From a virus: a stretch of 64,000 nucleotides of DNA. The position numbers were made by a program, and so were the translations under genes. Positions 9,382 through 19,494 of this stretch are shown in pieces. The stretch covers positions 32,001 through 96,000 of IMG/VR virus record IMGVR_UViG_3300018018_000001; one strand, given 5' to 3'. The notes below the pieces were generated by a model. It was not told the DNA's origin. It saw only the letters and a program-made list of their open reading frames with translations, and did no database searches. Every line of letters begins with the position of its first letter. Position 1 is the stretch's first letter.

Positions 9382-10023
9382 ATGATTGGCAATGAAATTA
9401 TATCCCCTCCCCCCCAGCCTGAGAGATGGGATCAAATAGAGCTTGGGGTTAAATATACATCCAAACCCTCTCCTGAGCCTACAGGTTTGGTCTTATTTGA
9501 TGGAACACATATTGATCAGCCTATGGGGATAGATTCTGGAAAATCTGGTGATGATAGTGGTATTTTAGACGTAGATACTATTCCAGGATATGAAGTTACT
9601 ATGGAGAATTATCCAGAGAAGATGCCTGTGGGTGTTTTCAAGATGGAAGCTGGATTAATGTCTCAAGCTGGATATATCTATGAGCAAATGCAAAAAACCA
9701 GAAAGACTTCATCCAAATTAGATGAATATCTTTTGGATAATACCAAGATTGGGGATCTTACTTCATTAGAGCGGATAGAGCTTTATAAAACAGTTACGAA
9801 AAATTTGGAAATAGGATCAAATTATCTTTTAGAATTGCATAATACTCTGCAGAAAACCCATGATAACCTGAACTCTGTAGAGAAAATGAAATCTTATACT
9901 CTTAAGGAACCAACGTCATTTGAGGATAAAGCGGCTAAGCGTGATATTGAGGCTGCTATTCTGGAAGAAATAAAATGGGTTGTTAAGGAAAAACAAAAAC
10001 AAATAGTAAATAATAGGAGGTAG
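9382..10023 (+). CDS. Hypothetical protein, weak small-terminase candidate
   Basis: 213 aa with a helical C-terminal half; lies upstream of terL. Confidence 0.45.
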   Translation: MIGNEIISPPPQPERWDQIELGVKYTSKPSPEPTGLVLFDGTHIDQPMGIDSGKSGDDSGILDVDTIPGYEVTMENYPEKMPVGVFKMEAGLMSQAGYIYEQMQKTRKTSSKLDEYLLDNTKIGDLTSLERIELYKTVTKNLEIGSNYLLELHNTLQKTHDNLNSVEKMKSYTLKEPTSFEDKAAKRDIEAAILEEIKWVVKEKQKQIVNNRR

Positions 10024-10027
10024 TAAA

Positions 10028-10747
10028 ATGAAGCAAGTTACCAAGTTGATGGAAATTCTGAACAAGATTAAAGAGCAGGATGACGCAGTAGGGGCTTTAG
10101 GATCTGAGCCTACTATTACAGATACCCCTCCACCTCCCCCTGATGGTGGTATGGAACTTCCTGCCGCAGATCCTAATGTCCTTAATTACGATAATGAATT
10201 CTTTTCTCAGTTAAAGACTGGGGATATTTTCAATGATAAGGACATTCCTGAAATTACTTACAAGGTTACGGGTGATCCAGTGATTGATCCCGAAACTCAG
10301 GCTGTTACCGCTCTTCCTTGTGAAGTAGAGGAAGCCCCTGAAGGAAACGAAAAGAACGTATCCAAGGGGGATCAATTTGATGCCATTACCGCCATGCCCA
10401 AGCTTCCTGAACCTCCTCCTGAGGATGGTGCTGCTGGAGATTTGGAAACCCCTCCGATTGATGGTGGGGATATGTCTCATGAAAATCCTTCAATGGAAAC
10501 TCCTCTTCCTGGTGGAGAATCCTTTAGCCGTGGCCAGAGGCTTTTAAAGAGATTCGGCAAATTGGCCGAAGCTGAGATTTCCAGGGGTATTGTTCAGGAA
10601 ATTAGGGCTGATGGTATGGTGGCTGTTCGTCAGGGTCATGGTGCCCTTCTTGTCCTTCCAATGGCTGCTGGAGTCAAGGCTGGTGATGAGGTAGAGGTTG
10701 AAGACAAAAAGAAAATCATTGGTAAGGTAGCTTCTAAAAAGCAATAA
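10028..10747 (+). CDS. Acidic Pro-rich putative head protein (leader ...LMEILNKIKE)
   Basis: Low-complexity P/E/D linker flanking a small beta domain. Confidence 0.55.
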   Translation: MKQVTKLMEILNKIKEQDDAVGALGSEPTITDTPPPPPDGGMELPAADPNVLNYDNEFFSQLKTGDIFNDKDIPEITYKVTGDPVIDPETQAVTALPCEVEEAPEGNEKNVSKGDQFDAITAMPKLPEPPPEDGAAGDLETPPIDGGDMSHENPSMETPLPGGESFSRGQRLLKRFGKLAEAEISRGIVQEIRADGMVAVRQGHGALLVLPMAAGVKAGDEVEVEDKKKIIGKVASKKQ

Positions 10748-10755
10748 TTGTGAAG

Positions 10756-10845
10756 TAAATGTCGGCAGATCGAGCTAACTGCCAACATTTATTAAGACTC
10801 ATGTACCAAGAGTATAAAGAGATCGGGGTCCCTCTTAGGAGGGAC
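10756..10845 (+). promoter_or_regulatory. Two intergenic hairpins
   Basis: taaatgt-c-ggcag/ctgcc-a-acattta (10756-10791) and gtccctc-ttag-gagggac (10828-10845). Confidence 0.55.
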
Positions 10846-10895
10846 GTTGCATTTGTTAATATTTGCCGGTATTTTGTCTCAAACAGGGGAGGTTT

Positions 10896-11366
10896 ATGAA
10901 GAAGGTATGCTCAAGGTGTAAACAAGAAAAGGATTTGACAGAATTTTATAAAAGTAAAAAAGGAAAATATGGCTATTATTCCTATTGTAAATTGTGTGAG
11001 AGGAAAAGAAGAAGAAGTGAAGAAAGAACAGAAGAATATTATGAATATCATAGAAGTCATAGTGAAAAATATCGTTTAAAACATTCAAAAGAAGCTGTTG
11101 AAAGGACAAAATTATATCAAAAGAAATGTTTCCAACAATGGATGAATCTAATTATAATTCCACAAGGTTTGAATAAATGTTCAAAATGTGGTTATGATAA
11201 ATGTTTTCATGCCATTGATTTTCACCATAGAGATCCGAAAGAAAAGAAATTTAATATAGGTAGCATGTTAAGAACAAAAATTACCCCGGAAAATCTTGAA
11301 GAATTAGCTAAATGTGATCCTCTTTGTGCAAATTGCCATAGAGAAAAGGAAGCAGGTCTTTGGTAG
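10896..11366 (+). CDS. HNH-like homing endonuclease
   Basis: CSRC...CKLC N-terminus; CSKCG...DFHHRDP...LCANCHRE. ATG 10896 follows GGGGAGG. Confidence 0.8.
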   Translation: MKKVCSRCKQEKDLTEFYKSKKGKYGYYSYCKLCERKRRRSEERTEEYYEYHRSHSEKYRLKHSKEAVERTKLYQKKCFQQWMNLIIIPQGLNKCSKCGYDKCFHAIDFHHRDPKEKKFNIGSMLRTKITPENLEELAKCDPLCANCHREKEAGLW

Positions 11367-13259
11367 ATGAATCCGATATTGCAGGATTATAAAGATTCCC
11401 TGGCTGAAGCCAGAAAATCAATCATTAATTCTACGCCAGAGAATTATGCCGCAAATTTGGAAGAGTATTCTGCTAAGCTTAATGATTGGTATAGCTCTGT
11501 AGTAAAATTTGATCCTCTTCCAGTGGATATTGAATCTTTCTTAGATGAACGATCATATTTGGGTAAATACTTTGGTGGGGAACTTTTATCAGATGAAAAA
11601 AACTATTGGAGACTTGCCTTAAAAGACATTTTTCCTTCTATTAATTATAGCCCTTATTGGCTTGTATGCCTCAAAGGGGCTATTGGGGTAGGAAAAACCA
11701 CTACTGCTTCTGTCGGTGCTCTCTATGACCTCCAATGGCTTTTATGTAATCCTGATCCTCAAGGGTTTCTTGGTAGCTTGCCCGCTGCCCGTATCGAATT
11801 TGCCATATTCAATATCACCCTATCCGCTACAGACGTTATTTGGGATAAGATTGCATCCATGATGGCTGAATCTGATTATTTTACAGGATTAATGGGTAAG
11901 GCCAAAAAGAGATTCAAGACTGACACCCTATTTCCTAAGCGAATTGACTTCTTCTCAGGTTCCCGAATTGGACACTCACTTGGTAGAGATGTTTATGAGG
12001 TTATCATTGATGAAGCCAATTTTGAGGTTATAACTGGACAAGTCAGGAAAACCTTCTATTCTCTATTCCGCAGAATGGAAACCCGGTTCATGAGAAAAGA
12101 GGGTGGTTTTCCAGGACGAATTTGGATTATTTCTTCTGAGACTGATAAATCCTCTGTGCTCAATAGCCTAATTGAAGAGTATAGGGGCCAAGAAGGTGTG
12201 TTTATTAGGCAACCGGCTGTTTGGGATGTTAAACCCGAAAAATATGCAGGAGATAAGCGATTCAAAGTTTTTACGGGATCTATTTTAAAACCCAATCCTG
12301 TCATTGTTGATCAAACCAATGAATCTCTTTTTAAGGAAGAGCAAGAATTAATAATTGAGGTTCCAGAAAAACACAAGCATGATTTTGAAACAGATGTCAA
12401 TGGTGCTTTAAGAGATTTAGCCGGGGTTTCTACATTCTCCCGTTATAAACTCTTTAAGCAGCGGGATAAACTTGATAATGCACTGTGTATGGAACTACTC
12501 TTTCCTGATAATTTTGAGCTTGATTTCAATGATGACAATGACCAAATCATGAATAAAACATTGATCCCTGACTACTTTGAAAAAGTTTATCTCCCTTCAT
12601 TTCCAAGATACTTGCATATTGACATTGGGTTGACTGGGGATAGGTTGGGTTTCGGATGTACTTATATCTCTCAGTATAAGGAGATTAGAACCCGAAATAT
12701 CCTAACATTTGATGAAGTTACTGTTAATATTCCCGAAATAGTTGCTGAGTTTGCTTTTGCAATTCAGTCCAAAACAGGGCAGCAGATTCCTTTATTTAAG
12801 GTTAGGGCTTTCATTCTTTGGTTGGCCAAACGTGGTTATTCTTTCGGTTGCATTACAGCGGATGGGTATGAATCTGCCGACTGCCTTCAGATGCTTAAAC
12901 GGGTAGGATTTAACACAGAGGAAATTTCTGTGGATAAAACTTCCGCCCCTTATTTGAAATTGAGAGCGCAAGTTTCTGAGGAACATATCTTTATGCCAGA
13001 TAGTAAGTTACTCAGAGCAGAATTGGAAGACCTGGAGGTTTCTCCAGATGGTAAAAAAGTAGACCATCCAGAAGGTAAAAGACCTGATGGTTCCCCTTAT
13101 TCCAAAGATATGGCCGATGGAATTTGTGGAAGTGTTTTCAATCTTTTCAAAAATAGTGACAAAAATAGAATGGCTTATTTTAACCCCTCTACTACCCCTT
13201 CTGAAATTTCAAAAATAATGGAAACATTTTGGCCAGGTGAGAAGGGTATTAATGTCTAA
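11367..13259 (+). CDS. terL: Terminase large subunit
   Basis: Walker A (GAIGVGKTT), Walker B (VIIDEAN), RNase H-like nuclease acidic motifs (HIDIG, ITADG, SKDMADG). Confidence 0.93.
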   Translation: MNPILQDYKDSLAEARKSIINSTPENYAANLEEYSAKLNDWYSSVVKFDPLPVDIESFLDERSYLGKYFGGELLSDEKNYWRLALKDIFPSINYSPYWLVCLKGAIGVGKTTTASVGALYDLQWLLCNPDPQGFLGSLPAARIEFAIFNITLSATDVIWDKIASMMAESDYFTGLMGKAKKRFKTDTLFPKRIDFFSGSRIGHSLGRDVYEVIIDEANFEVITGQVRKTFYSLFRRMETRFMRKEGGFPGRIWIISSETDKSSVLNSLIEEYRGQEGVFIRQPAVWDVKPEKYAGDKRFKVFTGSILKPNPVIVDQTNESLFKEEQELIIEVPEKHKHDFETDVNGALRDLAGVSTFSRYKLFKQRDKLDNALCMELLFPDNFELDFNDDNDQIMNKTLIPDYFEKVYLPSFPRYLHIDIGLTGDRLGFGCTYISQYKEIRTRNILTFDEVTVNIPEIVAEFAFAIQSKTGQQIPLFKVRAFILWLAKRGYSFGCITADGYESADCLQMLKRVGFNTEEISVDKTSAPYLKLRAQVSEEHIFMPDSKLLRAELEDLEVSPDGKKVDHPEGKRPDGSPYSKDMADGICGSVFNLFKNSDKNRMAYFNPSTTPSEISKIMETFWPGEKGINV

Positions 13260-13270
13260 GGAGATTTGAA

Positions 13271-13726
13271 ATGAAAGCTAAAGAATTTTTAAGCTTGAAT
13301 GAGGAAATAGAAAATAAAGTAAACCTTTGGGAATGGGTTTGTCCTAAGTGTGGAAAAAAGGATTTACCTAATGAAAGTAGGGAGTGTGAGTGCGGATATA
13401 AAATGCCCGAAGAGCTTAATGACAAGATAAGAAAAACTTGGGAAAATGTTTATGACAAGATTTTTTCTAAAATAAAAGGCAAACTAATGGAAGGAGATCT
13501 TCAAGGAACCAATACTCTTTATTTTACTAATAAACTTAGGGAATTGGGGATTATTAATCGTCTTAATTCAGGGAGGTTTGTGGAAGTCCTAAAAATACCT
13601 AAGGAGTTTATTATTTCCGCCTTTATGGAAGGAAAAGAAGGCATGAAACGTCTTAGAAAGATGGCTTGGAGAAGAAAGCATAAGGGAGAGATGATGAGTA
13701 CAATAAGGCCGTATCAAAAATTTTAA
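13271..13726 (+). CDS. Putative internal head protein with Zn ribbon (leader MKAKEFLSLNEE)
   Basis: CPKCG...CECG; shared N-terminal motif. Confidence 0.55.
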   Translation: MKAKEFLSLNEEIENKVNLWEWVCPKCGKKDLPNESRECECGYKMPEELNDKIRKTWENVYDKIFSKIKGKLMEGDLQGTNTLYFTNKLRELGIINRLNSGRFVEVLKIPKEFIISAFMEGKEGMKRLRKMAWRRKHKGEMMSTIRPYQKF

Positions 13727-13742
13727 ATAAAAGAGAGAAAAT

Positions 13743-14399
13743 ATGTTTTGTGAATATAAATGCGGGCAGGAAGCAAAGTATCAGTTAAAAAATAAAAAGT
13801 GGTGTTGTTCTAAATCCCATGTCTCTTGTCCTGAAATTAGGGGGAAAATTAGTAAATCTATGGAGGGTGAAAATGGTCCTTGGTTTGGTAAGAAAAGAAT
13901 TGATCATTCTGTTAGAATGACAGGAAAAAATAATCCAATGTTTGAAGTAAAAAGACCTGATTTTTCAGCTTATATGAAAGGTAGAATAGGTGATAAGCAT
14001 CCTATGTCTGGAAGAAAAAATCCTAATGTTTCAGAGGCAAATAGAAAAAGAAAAGGTGAAAAACATCCTTATACTTCTGAAATGAATAAACAAAGAACTG
14101 GTGAAAAACATCCTAACTGGAATGGAGGTTCCTCTTTTGAGCCATATAGTTTAGAATGGACCAATGAATTAAAAAATAAAATTAGAGAAAGAGATGATTA
14201 CACTTGTCAACTATGTAAAGAATATGGAAATACTGTTCACCATATTGATTATAATAAAAAACATTGTGATTTTAGTAATTTAATTAATTTATGTAGAAGT
14301 TGCAATGTTAAAGTAAATAAGAATAGAGAATTATGGGAACCAGCATTCCAATTTTATATGACAAAATTATTTGGGCAAGAAATTAATCCTTGTATATAA
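13743..14399 (+). CDS. NUMOD3 plus HNH homing endonuclease
   Basis: CEYKCGQ..KWCCS N-terminus; CQLC..VHHIDY...NLINLCRSCN. Confidence 0.85.
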   Translation: MFCEYKCGQEAKYQLKNKKWCCSKSHVSCPEIRGKISKSMEGENGPWFGKKRIDHSVRMTGKNNPMFEVKRPDFSAYMKGRIGDKHPMSGRKNPNVSEANRKRKGEKHPYTSEMNKQRTGEKHPNWNGGSSFEPYSLEWTNELKNKIRERDDYTCQLCKEYGNTVHHIDYNKKHCDFSNLINLCRSCNVKVNKNRELWEPAFQFYMTKLFGQEINPCI

Positions 14400-14427
14400 A
14401 AATTAAAGGATTTAGGGGGGGAATATA

Positions 14428-16161
14428 ATGGCTAAAAAGCAAAGTTCACAAGTTTTAGTACCTAAAGAGGAATTAAATAATCTTATAGAGAAAGCCCAAA
14501 TTTTGGAGAATTTGGGAGATATTAATGAAATGACTAACAAAGTGCGAATTGTTGATGATCTAATGGCCGAAAAGATTGTTGAAGCCGATAAGTGGAAACA
14601 AAGGTTAGCCGAAATTAAGAGTACCATGCCAGGTACAGATTACATGGTAACTGCTGCTCTATCAGCTATTTATACTAGAGTTACCATGCTTCGTAAGGAG
14701 ATAATCCAGCAAATTGATAGGATTAGAAGTTTTTATATTACGGATGTTTTGTTAACCCAATTTGCTGATGACGCTCTTACCCCTGATGTAGCTACAGGGG
14801 ATGTTATTGACGTTCATTCTGAAAATGAAGCTCTTGATTGGGAACTAACCGCTTTGGATGAAAGAATCAAGTTTGATTCATTGGTCAATGACATTATTGA
14901 GGATCTTTTGGGCTATGGAGAATATACTCTTAAGACCGAATTAGCGGAAGAAGGCCATGGATTGAAAGCTTTGGTTGACGATGTGGACCAAACTTCGGTT
15001 ATCGCCATTACTGAGATGGGAGAAATTTCCAATTACTTGGTTATGGATGAAAAAGGAACCAAAGCCGAAATAGTAGAACCTCATGAATATGTAAAATTCA
15101 TGTTAGGGAATAGGAGACTTAGAATTGACCTAAAAAATGAAATGGCAATGGTCAGGGATAAGAAACTTCTCAAGGATATTCCCCGTTATGTCAGAATAGG
15201 GAAGTCTATGCTATTTCCTATCATTTCCAAGATTAAAGAACTAGAGTTACTTGAGCAATTAGTACCCGCTTCCAAGTTAGCCCAATTGACTGCTAATACT
15301 TTATTGGGGATTCAAGTTCCTGCAGGAATGGTATTAGAAGAAGCTTTCCAAGCTGCCCGAAATGTTGAGAATCAGGTTAACAGAAAGGTGGGAATTGATT
15401 TTGGAAATAAAGAATTGACTATCCAGCATATCATGACTATAGCTGGTAGAATCAAGTGTATCCCCGTATTTGGAGAAGGCAAAGGGGATCTCAAAAGAAT
15501 AGACTATCGGGCTGATGAGCCTAAAGAACTAAGTGAAACTGCTGAGGATGCCCGGAAGGTTATTTGCTCTTCTGTGGGTATTCCTTATGAGTTGATATTT
15601 GGGGAAATAGGCCAAGGAAAGAAAGTGGATTTGCTCAAGCGGTTTGCCCGATATCTCCGAAGATTAAAGATGATTCAAAAAGCTGTGGTTATGGGTATTC
15701 TGCAGATTTGTAATATTCATTTAGTCAATAAGAAAATATCCTACCGTCCTGAGGATATTAAAGTTGACTTCCTGAATACCATGATCAATATTGATGAGTT
15801 GGATAAACTGGAATTTATTGATGCCACTGTGGGCATGTTAAAGAATATTGATGAATTCATGAGGGGTCTTACAGATGATATTAGTAGTAAACACGTTATA
15901 GAAAAGAAATATTTCGAGTTTCTAGGAGATCAATTAAATATTGCCGGAATGGGGGAGGTTATTACTGATGAGATAGAAGAGAGAGAACCAGGAAAAGATA
16001 TTTCTACAGAAGAAGTTCCTGTTGGCAATGCCGAACCTTTTGAACCCACTTTTACTCCACCAGCGGGGGCAACACCTGGAGGGCCTAGTATACCAACTGT
16101 TCCTGAAACTCCTTCTACTGAAACTCCACCTCCAGAAGGAGAACCAACACCAGCAGCTTAA
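14428..16161 (+). CDS. Portal protein (T4 gp20-like)
   Basis: 577 aa after terL; portal-like segments (D..TPD, YGEY..K, RIGKSML...IKELELLE, VICSSVGIP); Pro-rich C-tail. Confidence 0.8.
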   Translation: MAKKQSSQVLVPKEELNNLIEKAQILENLGDINEMTNKVRIVDDLMAEKIVEADKWKQRLAEIKSTMPGTDYMVTAALSAIYTRVTMLRKEIIQQIDRIRSFYITDVLLTQFADDALTPDVATGDVIDVHSENEALDWELTALDERIKFDSLVNDIIEDLLGYGEYTLKTELAEEGHGLKALVDDVDQTSVIAITEMGEISNYLVMDEKGTKAEIVEPHEYVKFMLGNRRLRIDLKNEMAMVRDKKLLKDIPRYVRIGKSMLFPIISKIKELELLEQLVPASKLAQLTANTLLGIQVPAGMVLEEAFQAARNVENQVNRKVGIDFGNKELTIQHIMTIAGRIKCIPVFGEGKGDLKRIDYRADEPKELSETAEDARKVICSSVGIPYELIFGEIGQGKKVDLLKRFARYLRRLKMIQKAVVMGILQICNIHLVNKKISYRPEDIKVDFLNTMINIDELDKLEFIDATVGMLKNIDEFMRGLTDDISSKHVIEKKYFEFLGDQLNIAGMGEVITDEIEEREPGKDISTEEVPVGNAEPFEPTFTPPAGATPGGPSIPTVPETPSTETPPPEGEPTPAA

Positions 16162-16178
16162 TGAAGAAAGGGATAAAA

Positions 16179-16994
16179 ATGGGGAGAAGACTAATTGATT
16201 TAACTGGAGAAAGATTTGGTAAATGGGTTGTACTTAAAAAATCTTTAAATAAAGGAACTGTTCCTTTTTGGTTATGTAAGTGCGATTGTGGAAATGAAGT
16301 AGAAGTTAGAGGTCAAAGTTTAAGGAATGGGAAAAGTAAACAATGTAAGCACTGTATTAATATAAAGGATTTGACTGGAGAAAGATTTGGCAAGTTAACA
16401 GTTATTTGTAAAGGTAGTAAGAAATTTAAAAATCAAGGTATTTATTGGTTGTGTAAGTGTGATTGTGGTATTGAAAAAGAAATTAGGGGTAGTAGTTTAA
16501 TTAGGGGGGATTACAAAAGTTGTGGTTGTTATAATATAGAAAGTAGAGCAGAAAGAAATAAAATAGAATATGGTCTTGCATCTAAAAGAAAAGTTTATAG
16601 ATCCTATAAACATGAAGCAGAAGAAAGAGGATTACTATTTGAATTATCTTTTAGTCAATTTATTGATTTAACCAGTAAAAATTGCCATTATTGTAACTCA
16701 GAACCCTCTAATAAATGTTCCCAGGATGGCAACAATGGTGATTTTATCTATAATGGTATTGATAGAAAAGATAATACAAAAGGATATACTATTGAAAATT
16801 GTGTGTCTTGTTGTAAAATATGTAATAGAGCAAAAGCTGATATGACTTATGAAGATTTTATTAAATGGATTAATAAAGTTTATAACAATATAAGAGATAA
16901 GGAGTCAACAAATGAAAGCAACAGAATTTCTTCACGAACAAGAGGATGTACTTCAGACTATGGCTTCCGAACCGATTCCACTGGAAACTGCTAA
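16179..16994 (+). CDS. HNH homing endonuclease with IDLTGERFG repeats
   Basis: Paralogue of 6123..6905; GIDRKDNTKGYTIENCVSCCKICN. Confidence 0.85.
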   Translation: MGRRLIDLTGERFGKWVVLKKSLNKGTVPFWLCKCDCGNEVEVRGQSLRNGKSKQCKHCINIKDLTGERFGKLTVICKGSKKFKNQGIYWLCKCDCGIEKEIRGSSLIRGDYKSCGCYNIESRAERNKIEYGLASKRKVYRSYKHEAEERGLLFELSFSQFIDLTSKNCHYCNSEPSNKCSQDGNNGDFIYNGIDRKDNTKGYTIENCVSCCKICNRAKADMTYEDFIKWINKVYNNIRDKESTNESNRISSRTRGCTSDYGFRTDSTGNC

Positions 16995-18357
16995 AAGTGA
17001 GTTTGAAAAAAAAGTAGCAGAATTTGAATATTCAGGAATTTCTGTTAATGATGTAAAGATAGGTTCAGAGGGCACCACTTTAACTTTACAACAAGGCAAT
17101 ATAACTTCAATGATTACCTTTGTATGGGGTGCTGAAGAAGATATTGGTCCTTTTGTTACTATTAAACCACAACAGGGTGAGGCTGTTAATCTTGATTTGA
17201 CTCCTCTTTCTCCACCTGTGGTAGATACAAAAGGAACAGGAAGACAAATTGATGTAAGTAATCTTAGTTGGCTTAATAAAGAAGCATTTGCAGGAATTAT
17301 ATCAGCGGCAGGTATGAAAGAAACTCCACCAGAACAAGAACCTGAGACCCAACCCGGGGAAGGCTCTGGTGCTCCTCAGCAGCAAGCTCAATCCCCTGCG
17401 GTTGAATTGGATGCTAAGACTGTTCCTGCTCCTAAGCCCCAAGGCCAGCCTGGTGAGGCCCTTATTGAAAGGGCAATAGCTTTGGGGTTGATGCCCAAAT
17501 CCGTATCTTCTGATTGGTTAAAAGAGGAAGATTCTTATACTGTAACCGTGCAAAAGGGAAAAGACAGTTTTAACTTGGTTGTAGGTGGGACTTCTCCTGA
17601 AGATGCCAAGAAGAAAGCTAAGGAACTGACTAAGGCTGATAAGGTTATGAATGTCAGTAAACAAGCTAAGAAGGAAATGGAATCTGTTGACCAAAAGGTT
17701 GATACCCAGATGAAATGTAAGACTTGTGGCTATATTGGTGCTGAGCCAAGTTTTCATAGGGATGAAATTAAGGGTTATGAGTACACTTGCCCCAAATGTG
17801 ATAGTCATGACGTTATGGATGCTCCTTCAGAGGTTAATCATAGCCGAATGAGAGTCAAACCTTCGGGTGTGGAAGAACATTGTGACACTAAACAGGAATG
17901 TGCAGATTGTGGCTATATAGGAAGTGAGTGTGAATTTGCACAAGGAACTATTCTTGGAGAACCTTCTGAAGAGCCCGAATGTCCTAAATGTGGTAGTTCA
18001 AATATTGAAGATATACAGGAGGAGAGTATGGAAAACAAGAATATCAGCCTTTTCAGATTTATTATCAGGGAAGGCAAGAGAATCAAGATTCCCCTTGGAG
18101 AGGCCAAGAAAAAGGGTAAAGAGCCCAATAAGGTGGTTACACAAAAACCCCTTACTTTCAAATGGGATAAGAAAGTGAAAGAAGGCATGGGTGAGGGAGA
18201 ATTTTCCAAGAAATTCTTTATCACAATGGCCAATGCCATAAAGAGATTCCCTGAGCAGATTTCCAAGGAACAACTTATCAGCACTATGATTATGGTTTTC
18301 CAACAGGAGAATCCACGTTTTGATGCTGATAGGTTTAGAGCCTTTATCGAAAAGTAA
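16912..18357 (+). CDS. Multi-module putative head protein with two Zn ribbons (leader MKATEFLHEQE)
   Basis: CKTC..CPKC and CADC..CPKC; C-terminal ENPRFDADRF module. Confidence 0.6.
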   Translation: MKATEFLHEQEDVLQTMASEPIPLETAKSEFEKKVAEFEYSGISVNDVKIGSEGTTLTLQQGNITSMITFVWGAEEDIGPFVTIKPQQGEAVNLDLTPLSPPVVDTKGTGRQIDVSNLSWLNKEAFAGIISAAGMKETPPEQEPETQPGEGSGAPQQQAQSPAVELDAKTVPAPKPQGQPGEALIERAIALGLMPKSVSSDWLKEEDSYTVTVQKGKDSFNLVVGGTSPEDAKKKAKELTKADKVMNVSKQAKKEMESVDQKVDTQMKCKTCGYIGAEPSFHRDEIKGYEYTCPKCDSHDVMDAPSEVNHSRMRVKPSGVEEHCDTKQECADCGYIGSECEFAQGTILGEPSEEPECPKCGSSNIEDIQEESMENKNISLFRFIIREGKRIKIPLGEAKKKGKEPNKVVTQKPLTFKWDKKVKEGMGEGEFSKKFFITMANAIKRFPEQISKEQLISTMIMVFQQENPRFDADRFRAFIEK

Positions 18358-18365
18358 ACAATGGT

Positions 18366-18408
18366 GGGGTAGCTAAATTCTACATATTGTCTTTGCTGTA
18401 GCCACCCC
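18366..18408 (+). terminator. Intergenic hairpin (possible terminator or processing site)
   Basis: ggggtagcta...tagccacccc (one G-U pair). Confidence 0.4.
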
Positions 18409-18445
18409 TACAGCCTAGCTACTCCTCCTGATTTTTGGGGGAAAA

Positions 18446-19201
18446 ATGAAATTTTCTAGCAAATTAGACTTAGAATTATTTCTGACAGAGATTGATAGGC
18501 TTGATCTTCTTGGGGAGGTAGATGAAAGCTTTGTCCCTACTCCTGAAATGGAAGAGTCTTTTATTAAGCGCAGGAAACCTCTTTCTGGTGCTTTAAAAGA
18601 TTTCCGAAAGTCCCAGGATACTAAGGGAGAGTGGAGGACAAGTAGACATGGAATTATGAGAGGAATAAATAAATTCCATAAATCCACTGAAGGAAAAAGA
18701 TTCCATCGAAACTTGGGTAGATTCCTTTCTTCTCGATATTTTCATCCCAGGATTAAAGGTCTTGTAAAAGATGACCAGGAGGATAGTAGCAAATCCGCAA
18801 GGGCAGAGGAAAGTTTGAGTAAATTTGATTTAGCTGAAGCTTTGAAGGCCATAACCAGTATTAGGACTCACTGTTTTATTGAATTGGAATATTTCCATCC
18901 ATTACAGGAAGAATTAGATTATGAAGATTTCCTGGAAGAGATTCTCCCTGAGTTAATATCTATTGAGAAAAAGCTTTGGGCGAATGAAAAGCTTAATGGC
19001 TATGACTTAAAGATTTTGCTCCAGTTGGTGGACAAGAAAGAATTGGCAAATGCTATAGCCGGTGATACAGGGTTGGAATCTAAGCGGATAGAAGAAGCTT
19101 GGAATGAGTTTGAAAAGAAAGCCGAAATTGATGAGAACGTCATTAATTTCATTGGGGAGAAATTCTGTGAAAAAGCTACGCAAAAGGTAGGCAAAAGGTA
19201 G
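18446..19201 (+). CDS. Hypothetical protein (head module)
   Basis: 251 aa with a basic central segment (FHKSTEGKRFHR). Confidence 0.65.
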   Translation: MKFSSKLDLELFLTEIDRLDLLGEVDESFVPTPEMEESFIKRRKPLSGALKDFRKSQDTKGEWRTSRHGIMRGINKFHKSTEGKRFHRNLGRFLSSRYFHPRIKGLVKDDQEDSSKSARAEESLSKFDLAEALKAITSIRTHCFIELEYFHPLQEELDYEDFLEEILPELISIEKKLWANEKLNGYDLKILLQLVDKKELANAIAGDTGLESKRIEEAWNEFEKKAEIDENVINFIGEKFCEKATQKVGKR

Positions 19202-19203
19202 GC

Positions 19204-19494
19204 ATGAATAAAGCGCAAAAAATTCTTAAAGAATTTGCAGAAAGTCCCTTTCACGCTAACGTGGGGGAGGATGATTTTGTAAAGGAACTTATTAGAACAT
19301 CATTGGCTTCAGAGCTTGATGCTATTTCTCTTTATGAACAAGTATTAGCCCAAACTGACAATGAAGAAATGATAAAAGTTTTTGAACATGTTTTAAGTGA
19401 AGAAAAAGATCACTTAGAATTGTTTAATAGTTTACTCAAAAAATTTGACAAAGAACAAGCGAATAAAGAAGGTTACTCAGTGGAGGAAACATGA
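19204..19494 (+). CDS. Encapsulin-type ferritin-like (half four-helix bundle) protein with targeting leader MNKAQKILKEFAE
   Basis: ELDAISLY...HVLSEEKDH matches the EncFtn/rubrerythrin-like di-iron ligand spacing. Confidence 0.8.
   Translation: MNKAQKILKEFAESPFHANVGEDDFVKELIRTSLASELDAISLYEQVLAQTDNEEMIKVFEHVLSEEKDHLELFNSLLKKFDKEQANKEGYSVEET

Noticed and set aside
10748-11366. Group I intron housing the HNH gene
   Set aside because: Only two simple hairpins are present, no P7/catalytic core sequence was recognised, and the flanking genes look complete. An Infernal scan would settle this.
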